DNA of 64,000 nt from Auanema rhodensis (taxonomy: Eukaryota > Animalia > Nematoda). The translations under genes were made by a program, and so were the position numbers. The first letter of the stretch is position 1, and each line of letters begins with the position of its first letter. A model generated the notes under the pieces. The model was not told the DNA's origin and searched no databases. It saw only the letters and a list, made by a program, of their open reading frames with translations. This document shows, in pieces, positions 55,601 to 64,000 of this stretch. The stretch is from contig OZ059898.1 in NCBI GenBank assembly GCA_964057225.1, forward strand, positions 11,036,001 to 11,100,000, given 5' to 3'.

Positions 55601-56797
55601 TTTAAAAAATATATACATTTGTATATTTGAATATATGAGTGTGTATTTATAACTTTTTTATACTATATCCTCACATATGTGCATTAAATTATTCATTTTA
55701 ATTATAGGATCTACTCATGAAAGTGCTTATATTCTTCATTGTGTGACTGAGGCCATTCAACATGATTGGAAATCTGTAGTAGTTAATCCACGAGGATTGG
55801 GTGGAGTTCCTTTGAAAACTAAACAGTAAGTTACTGGATTTCCCTTGAGCATTTGACCGAGGCTTGGTTACACCTTTTAAAATCCTATATACATGTTTTT
55901 CAGAACATATAATGCTTGCTATACAGAAGATATTGATCAGGTTATTCAGATCATAACTGATCGTTATCCTAAAGCCAAAAAAATCGGTTGTGGCTTTAGT
56001 ATGGGAGGGTAGGACTGTAAGAAATTGTTCAGCAGCTAAACAATAATATTCAGAATGATTTTGGGAAGTTATATTTCTACGAAAACTGCGAAAACTGTAA
56101 ATCTGGAAGCAGCAATGATCATATCTTCTCCTTTTGACCCTCATGTTTCTTCCCAGTCCTTAGAGGTTTTTGAGGAATATTCTTGAATTATGATTAATAA
56201 TTCCGCCTTACAGACACCTATTCCTCGTTTTCTTTTCAATCAACATTTAGCTGGATGTCTTGTAAACATCATTAAACCGTTAGTTCTATTTCATACTAAT
56301 TACATAAATCATTACTTTGCAGTTATCGAGAATTATTCAAAGATGTAACTGATTTTGATGAAGTTTTGAAGGCAAAAACTATTCGTAACTTTGATACAAT
56401 ATTTACTAGTCCCGTATTTGGTTACAAAAATTGCCGTGAATATTATGAGGATGCTTCGCTCTGTCGCAAGGTTTTAACTATCTCTCTCAACAATCTCCAA
56501 CCAGCATGGTTGTTTAGGTCCAAAAGTTCCCAATTCCTACTATTTGCCTCAATTCTGTAGATGATGTGTTTGCCCCAATTAAGTGTATGTTTTTTACTTT
56601 CTACTATTACTGTTACATTCGTTTAATTTTCAGCAGTGCCACTTGATGTCATAACTGAATCCGAAAACGTGGTAGCAATTGTAACTGCACATGGAGGACA
56701 TACAGCTTTTATGGAACACTGGAATCCAAACAAACAAGGATTAGTAGAGAAATTGCTCGCACAATGGGGAAATATTATTTTTAATGACCTTGATTAA
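52632..56797 (+). CDS. ABHD1/ABHD3-family alpha/beta hydrolase with N-terminal membrane anchor (host gene)
   Basis: Exon 1 (52632-52706, MVFLTIIIISGLLFLLWLYSKYIAE, phase 0) joins exon 2 at 55125 (tttcag|KPRVY). Later motifs: YKPTWWCPFG, IDWL, IFLPGITGST, VVVNPRGLGG, nucleophile GFSMGG, LNSVDDVFAP (Asp), HGGHTAF (His). TAA at 56795-56797; frame intact. Confidence 0.9.
53121..53129 (+). promoter_or_regulatory. 3' splice / trans-splice acceptor for the nested vps-33 transcript
   Basis: TATTTACAG ends 14 nt before the ATG; a second TTTTACAG lies at 53021-53028. Confidence 0.6.
53144..54967 (+). CDS. vps-33.2: Sec1/Munc18-family protein VPS33 (VPS33B/vps-33.2 type), intronless, nested in ABHD intron 1
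   Basis: 607-aa uninterrupted ORF. LVHLLESLPGPKDL, LLPIENDLFSLELP, HLFVFDR, MKQFVSQELKVLKQQHRQLEMHICACE and ILVFFLGGVTYAEVAALR are Vps33 signatures; the MKxFVSQELK..KQxHR.L..HI.ACE block resembles VPS33B. Confidence 0.92.
   Translation: MTDFTDQPLGLLCEVTRRELVHLLESLPGPKDLVVDSTLLRPLDKVASMTLLQNHGCSRVMPLRTDSVLSWDQNISRRIYILRSSFEMARLVSQHVRASPDKQIAVIWVDRRLAICDREQERQGVFGIVENFELHMCLLPIENDLFSLELPFTSPPNLFQAAHSLFQLQSLYGLIPTVYGLGEQTEKMWKLLRMLYVERGEPRASPDQPISHLFVFDRSLDPASVLMTGLTYEAMLHNVFTIGCGKISFGSEVQSRMKTDSKDGESQKSRVFVLDNNDGVFASVRNKHMTGVFPFLSAKAKEIQSTYDKGASIDQVQDMKQFVSQELKVLKQQHRQLEMHICACEVLLERNNAVGASERLRYEQELVAGTANINEIITYLEDCSLRQVSPWQVLALICLASVTNNGLPSKGYHSFREHFLRAYGYEYLPVLHNLGTKKLFFEKIKPAVGNIVQSAIPTMNSNSSGDQTPTFAFLSKRLNLTPSSDANHIDLRNPSKMSYVFSGVFTPPFCQIVSDAMVHGWNTNDMKKTFGHVLVEENSYTPADRKPDNRMKKAILVFFLGGVTYAEVAALRLLAVQNNFRILIATTNIIQREQYIRCMGEADSKLL
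54972..54977 (+). terminator. AATAAA poly(A) signal of nested vps-33, inside the host intron
   Basis: AATAAA lies 4 nt after the TGA and ~150 nt before the host exon-2 acceptor at 55124. Confidence 0.55.
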
Positions 56798-57533
56798 TAA
56801 GTCATTTGTATCAAAATTTGAAGAGCTTTCTTCATAAATCTCACAAAAAGTTCCATCAAAAGCGCTTTTACGGATCCTTTGAATAATGATATTGAAATTT
56901 TTCCTTAGGCATACTAAACATCCTAGTCAAAAACTCAGATAGATTATTTCGCACGATAAAACAGGTCATACTTAGACTTACTATAATAAATATACGAAAT
57001 TAAAATTTAACTGAACGGAATTTCTTTGTATTTTGTTTCCACCCGCACCAACATTTTCATTGATTTCATAATAAATAAAGTTTTTCTTCCTCCACTAAGA
57101 GTTCTAGAATACAAAGTTTACAAAACATACTTTTTGTAAAAATGATGGTTCTCATGAGCTAACTGAAAGTTTTTTTTGAGCCCTGAAGAGCTGAAGATGA
57201 AGAGCTCACCCTACTGTTCTCCGAGTTCTCCAATTATTTGACTTCGATATTTAACATGTCGATAGTATATTTTAAAGATTTGAACTTAATAAGGAAATTA
57301 TGACATCTATTGCCCAATTATACGAAATCGATTGGAGAATCGGACTGTTGAATCTGTTGAAACCATAAAGAGTAAGTAATCAATCGAGAAATCTAGATGA
57401 AGTAAGCGATTTCGCTTATTGTTGGATAAAAATGTAGGAAGAGTGAGGGAGGAGCCAAATATGTGCTTTTCTTTTGTCACAAGCCTTTAGCCATTTTAGG
57501 CAAATAATAACAAAAAATAGAATTTTAGAATCA

Positions 57534-59250
57534 ATGCGTATCTTCAGCTTCCAATATTGCTGTACATATCTTTGTAAACAGGTAACTTTAAAACTTTATT
57601 TTCTTCAAACATATTTAAGTGATTGTTAAAATATGGAACATATTTTCTCTGAACACAAATAGTATTGTTAAAAGAAATTTTGATGTTTAATTTTGGAAGT
57701 TTAGAGTATGATGTCTTTTTTTTCTTAAATTGAATTATCTTAATTCTTTCTTATTCAATTTTGTAATAGTTATCCTAGCTACACTATCATGGCATTGTAC
57801 GAACAGCTGTTTTAACCATTTTTGCTATTGTCTTACACATAGCAGTTACAAAATATCGAGCATCACGAGAATCTTTGAAATTTTTAAACGAATATGGTCA
57901 TGAAGCTGATCCTGTAATTTTGGATAATCACAAGACATTATATACAGTGAGTTGTTTTTATCAGTTTCAATGTAAACAAAATGTAATCAACAATTTTTAA
58001 GTTAGTGCAAAATTCAACTGAACAGAAGGTTATTTTATTTTCGAATAAAGTGAGTTTTCAAAAGCTGAAAGCTGAACTAAAATAATGTGAAACTGTTACA
58101 GTTTGCTGCTGCAATAACATTAAATTGGTTATGTAATGTACAAGAGTTTGGAATATTAGATAGAGTAATAATAATCGCGTTAGATGATATTACATATAAA
58201 ACTATACATCAGCGGTGGCCTAATATAAGTGTTATGAGATGGAAGATCCAAACGATGGTCTGAGTTTTTGCTGTCTAAAGAGCAAAACGAATTTCCACTT
58301 TTCAGGAAGATAGTTTCATGGTCGGTTCCGGTCGATATCAAATGTTTCAACTTCTCCGCTCTAATACCATATCATATTTAATCAGTACGGGTAGGAATTT
58401 CTGGATGGTTCAAGCTGACACTCATTGGAGCCAAAACCTTTTTGATGTTTTTGGTTTGTTTTTATACTCAAAACTTCTCCACCTTGTTAGTTTAGATGTT
58501 AACAATGTGAAAGGAGATATATTATTTGATAAAGAGGGCGAATACGGGCTTTTAGCTGATATGATTGGAGGTGGAAATTTTTATATAAGATCAAACACAA
58601 GAACGTATAATTATTTTCTTCAATTATCAAAGCTGCTGAGGTAATCTTTTCTCATTTTCAAATAACTAAATTGCAAAAAAATTATAAAAATTTGTAGAAA
58701 CCTATATGCAACTGACAATAACATAATGGGAAGTTTATGCGCGAAGAAGTTTTCTGATATAGATTGCGGAGAAATTCCATATTAGTAAGAAAATATACTT
58801 AAGTTTTGAGTTGAACGTTAAATACTTAGCATAATAGCCAACTGGAGATGGCATTTAGGCGAGAGACAAGTTTTACCACCCTTGCTTCAGTTTGATTTCT
58901 TGGGTGGGGGCAAGTTGGAGAGGTGAAATATATCGAAATTTGCCTGATATCTCAAAAATATTGTTCAGGATGAATGCAATAGGGTTACAATTTGCTACTT
59001 CATCTGGTAGTTGCATCAAGAACTGGAGCCGTTCTAACATAACTTTGAAGGTTTGTTATCATCATATTTATCTCCTATTTCATCTATTTTCCAGAATTTA
59101 CAAGAATTCAAATTACCGTCCAGTTTTTCTTTGCATGTCCTGATATGGGGACAAAATATTTGTGATATCGTTTGCAGCATATCATATTATACAACATATT
59201 ACCTGAGAACAATAATTATACCAAATTTTGCATATTATCTGATTGTATAA
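57534..59250 (+). CDS. Nucleotide-diphospho-sugar transferase family protein (PF03407-like), type II membrane
   Basis: Multi-exon. N-terminal hydrophobic segment TAVLTIFAIVLHIAV, then TLNWLCNV, IIIALDD, FWMVQADTHWSQNLF, IGGGNFYIRS, TDNNIMGSLC, typical of the nematode members of this family. Stop at 59248-59250. Confidence 0.75.
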
Positions 59251-59685
59251 TAAACTAATTAATATAAAATAGCTTTTTCTATACCTGAAATAGAACACGG
59301 ATAAGATGGATATATGACATCAAACTTATGTTGAATGGTTACTAAACGAATAAGACTATCGTTGACACTTATCTTGAAATTCTTATTACTTCTAGAAACA
59401 TATCTAGTTTTTTTAGTTTGAAATTGGAAGCTAAAAGCATTCATCCGAGGTTTAATTGTAAGAATATGATTTTCGATGAGATATACGAACTAGATAACTT
59501 AATATGCTGCTCAGTCTACAGATTCCCTATTCATTAATAGTTATAAAAAAGTAATTAAAGTCTGTTCAAGCCCTTGTAATAGCCAGTCACCAGCGTGTTC
59601 ACGCACAGCTACATTCCCTTATAGTGAGTCTCTACGAGAAAGACGCTCTATATCCTGGCTTTCATACTATTTTAGAACTCCAAGC

Positions 59686-60687
59686 ATGAAAACCATATTT
59701 GTTCTTCTTCCTATAGTTTCTTTTGCTGTGGCCAAGTATCACCATTTCGTGGAAAATTCTGCGAATGTGGTAAGTTGCTCAAGATTTAATGTGTCCCCCA
59801 CCTTTTAGAAAACTTCTTTTTCAAAACAACTTATGTTACAATATTTAGAAAAGGGACGAAAACTTTGAACAATCTTTGCTGCCTGTAAGTAGCTATGAAA
59901 GTATATTTTTATCATACATTTTATTTTGAAGATGAATCAGTTGGACATGAGCCAATCAGTATTTGAATATTCTGGTGGTCCTAGAGTCTCCCGTTCTATT
60001 AAGTCTCCGAGAGCAGGCTATCCATTTCAACCACCAGTGCTAACAAAATACTATTATTGTTTTTGAAAAGATTATTATAGTATTCAACTGGAACATCGAT
60101 TTCTGGCATGCCAAACGGTGCAAATGGTGCAAGCGGAAAATCAGGCTTACCTGGGCCATGCTTCGTAAATCAATCAGGATATGTTTGTTGTAATAGGGAA
60201 TTACAAGATCTGGTTATTAATAAGTACTATGTACTATGACCCTCGTGTATAAAACATAAGTAAATATAATGTATATTTAAGGAATTAGTTAATTTACCTG
60301 GATTCAATAATTGTAATACGCAACGAATTAGTAATCATCTCCAAAAAGCGTGTCACGAAAGGTAAAAACAAGTTTTTTCTACTTTTTAAATTTTTATATA
60401 TTTTCTAAATATGTACTATTTATAGATTTGGAAAAAATTTCGAAGTGCTCACTGGTATAGCTGATTTTTCTCAAAAAGTTCACTTTCATGGGACTCATGT
60501 TTGTAAATTAGAAATAAATGGACGGTAAGTGTTATTTGAAACATTTTAAATTGATCTTCTCTTATTTAGGTTTATTATGGCTTATGGAACTCCAACTTTG
60601 GAATCAACACCTTCACCTAAACCCTTGGGAAGCAACTCCGCTAATTTATCTGTATCGACTCCCCAAACAGGAAGTTCAGACCACTAA
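59686..60687 (+). CDS. Secreted ground-like (grl, hedgehog-related) domain protein
   Basis: Signal peptide MKTIFVLLPIVSFAVA. C-terminal CFVNQSGYVCCNRELQDL...CNTQRISNHLQKACHERFGKNFEVLTGIADFSQKVHFHGTHVCKLEINGRFIMAYGTP matches the ground-like Cys pattern. TAA at 60685-60687. Confidence 0.85.
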
Positions 60688-63600
60688 AAGGAAACCTGTA
60701 ATACTGCATTATAATTTGTAAATTGTATATTATTTAAATCAGCGTTTAATTATATCTATAAAGCTTACATCTATATTCATGAGTATTTATAAAAAATAAT
60801 ATATACACTTGATTATAACATTTGTTGAAAAACGTCTTACGTCTTCACAAATTTAGAAATTCTTTAATCAACATGCGTGAGAACAACCGCTCTTACATCT
60901 GACCCAACATCACATAAAACAAGGCGTTGATGTGATGTGATGTTCACGTGAACATATCACGTGCCTAATTTAGCATAAACAAAAATTTTCAAGAACAATT
61001 TAAAAATAACATAAAAGTTCTTCCCTTTACATTTACAAAAATGAATGTAAATGATATTTGATTGATACTGTATACATATATAATCTCATCCGATATACTT
61101 GAAACTTGTACAATTGACTTGTTCATTATTAAACTATTTAAGTTTTTGAAAATTTTATCTCCGTTAGATTCTCATATGAAAGCGTAGACAATCCATAAAA
61201 TCATTCTAGGAAACTACTTCCTACCATTTGCGAATTGCTGGATGATGAGAACTAAGGTTGTTTTGTTTACGTTTTTGCAGACAACCAGTTACAGATTGAG
61301 TAAGCGGTTCTCTCATTTTTTTCCTATGACATCTTTTGGAACTAAAACATTCGAAAAAAAAAACAATTGACTCAAACGGAAAAACGCATCTGAAGTGTTT
61401 TCACATTCATAATAGACTAATAACTGTTCGAAAAGAAGGTCGAGAAGCTGTTTGACCATTACGGTGAACGTTGAACACTTCAAACCATAACCAAACTTTT
61501 TCTGAGGATATAAATTAACGAACATTCTAAACTGCTTCTGCATTACATCAAACTTTCTTCATGTAAGGCCACAGCTGTAAATCTAGCTAACTGTTTCGAC
61601 TAATCTCCATCTTTTCATAATATATTCGAGACAAGATTAGAAGTCGTAAGATATCATTTAAATTCCCATTATGAAGTTTCGTAACATGATATTCTCTTTT
61701 TGCACGTAAAAATCATTTTTTGACCTTTTTTGTCACTATAACTTCCACATGAAAAAGAATTGACATCTCTAAGATGATCTTCTATCAGCAAGAAAGTTAT
61801 GGAAACCGGCTAGCGCTATCTCGAACAGCTGGCACCCTCAGGGGGTTTCCCGACCACCTACTCGATAGCTCAGGTTTTTGTTGTATCTTTCAAGGGCATA
61901 AGCCAAACTGTGGCACTACCGCAACAAGAATAAATGATTATCAGTGCTGTGTTTCTGTCTTTTTTTACCATTTACGAGTGAACAGGATTAATTCGGTTTA
62001 TTCATTGGAAAAAAATTGAGAGAAATACATTACATAAGATACTTCGTTTAACTGACTATACATGCATAGACCCACGAGATATATTGAGAGAAAGGACTCT
62101 TTTGCCACTAACAGATACCGGTTATGCCAGCTGTGTGTTATGTGTTTCTTGCTTAGTTATGTTCCTGTGTTGTGATGATATACAAATCCCCTGTGCACTT
62201 ATCCATTTATACACTGTTATCCCAGTACCCTTTATCTCATTCTCTTATTCTCTTTTTCTCTCATTATTCCTCTCTCTTTTTTTGCTTTCCCTCTCACACG
62301 TATGCATATGAATATACACATTCACATTTTTTACTCTCCTGTTCCTCCTTCTCCTATGATCATCCTATCTTTATCTGTTATCTATCCAGTCCTTTAGCTC
62401 TTCTTAATTCAACAATCAATTTATCATTGTGCTTGTTTTCCTTGTTTCTTTCGTCTTTATATCTATTATCTACTATCTATAACCATCCCCCAAACATTGA
62501 AAACAATTGATATAATCATATCCTAGGTCTAGTCATACAATACTTAAAAAATAATTACTAAACCCTAACTATATATATTATATACATATATACGTTCACA
62601 TGTGCTTTTCGAGCTCTAGACTGATATTTCAAATGAATATTATCATTTCAGAAACCATGTAGGAGATTAATCATTTATCTTTTTCATATTATATTTAATC
62701 ATTAACTGACAAAAAGAAACGATTTTGTTTCATATTGAAAAACTCATTACTCCACCGTGAATACATCTTCTTTAAATTAAAACCAAAAATCTGGAAAATA
62801 TCATTAGAAAACTTGTGTGTTAACACTAATTTTCGAAATAATCAAAGATTATAATCAAACAAGTTGTCAATCTATTCTATGTCTATGCTGGTGGGACCAC
62901 TAACTTACCAGCTAGCCAATACGTTGAAATCGCAATCTAAAAACAGCTGGATCATGTGAATAATCAAAAACAGATACAGAATATAATTGGTTGGGGAGAG
63001 TTGGACACAAAGCATGATATTGAGAGAAGTAGAGAGAGAAAAAGAGAAAGAAAACGAGGGATACATAGGTAAAAAGAGAAAAAGATTGAGAGAAACAGAA
63101 AGCAACAACTAAAAAGGAGGAAGATGGTAGAGATGCTGGTTACGACAATATCAAAATATAGAGTACAGCATAAGTTCAAAATCTGCTATGGTCTGTTGCT
63201 ATCTCTTCCCCCCCCCACTGAAGACTAAGGTGCCATTAAGTAATCTGACTGGTTCTCTCTCTTCTTATTTCTCTCTCCTTCTGTTCTGACTTTTCTTCAC
63301 TCTCTATCTGCCTTTCTCTTTTTCTTTCACTTTCTCTTTTTTCTTTTACTATGTGTTCCTCTATCTTCCCTACCTTTGACACAATTACATGCCAACAGTC
63401 CATAAGAAGTAAATATTTTTCATCTTCAGACGATAGAGGACGTTGATGGCTTGATTCCTCGTCGTCAAGTGGATTGTCTCTTTTGCTTAACGATCAACAC
63501 CGTTAAGTCCTGCCCTGTTTGGATTCTGGACCGTTCCCCATCAATGTGTTCAGAAACAACAACAGTGCCCACTGTTTTCTTTCCCCTTCTCAGTATCAGA

Positions 63601-64000
63601 AGTAACATTTATTTCATACCTGTCATCTATTCCTTTTCTCCTCGTTTCCCTTTCTTGGAACTGTGCAGAAAAAAATTTCCCGATGAAAAACTGAAGAGAT
63701 ATGAAGTCAATCAAGCCATTGGCTCAAATATTTATTTTCCTCTTAACTTTAAATAATTTGTTGTTTATCCAATTTGTAGATTTATATATTGTAGATGAGT
63801 TTATCAGAGCCTTCAGATGGCTTATTTGAGACTTGTGTAGATCTTGAAGTTATTGAACGTGGCATTCGACGTGGACTCGGAACAACTAAAAGATGTGGTG
63901 CAAATAAAACAATAAAGCGAATTGGAGAAGATCAAGTAAGATTTAAAAACAGAAGAAAAAAAAACTTTATCAATTGTATATATACAATTACTTTTTTAAA

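Noticed and set aside
56797-59686. SL2-type operon linking ABHD, transferase and grl
   Set aside because: Distances from poly(A) signal to next acceptor are ~400-550 nt, well above the typical ~100 nt.
1-64000. CRISPR arrays, tRNA/rRNA, SL RNA, autonomous transposons, prokaryotic systems
   Set aside because: None seen by eye and the sequence is clearly eukaryotic. tRNAscan-SE, cmscan and RepeatModeler would be needed to exclude them formally.

Overview
AT-rich eukaryotic DNA with the gene architecture of a rhabditid-type nematode: many ~40-55 nt introns, TTTCAG/TTTTAG acceptors, and acceptors a few nt before start codons consistent with SL trans-splicing. Almost all of the supplied ORF track is spurious; genes were rebuilt by hand from splice phase. 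From left to right: (1) a large minus-strand TSC22/Bunched-type locus with at least three alternative first exons (ATGs at 29536, 19916, 11396), whose shared TSC-box exons must lie left of the window; (2) an intact sid-3/ACK tyrosine kinase (33931-39869, +); (3) an unrecognised spliced minus-strand gene (~40.9-42.1 kb); (4) an ABHD1/3-type hydrolase (52632-56797, +); (5) a nucleotide-diphospho-sugar transferase; (6) a ground-like (grl) gene. The most unusual feature is a complete, intronless VPS33B/vps-33.2-type gene (53144-54967) inside intron 1 of the hydrolase on the same strand. It has its own acceptor and poly(A) signal, and host exon 1 would splice in frame onto a stop codon that overlaps its start (TAATG). 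Several hairpin and fold-back elements are also noted. No database searches were run.
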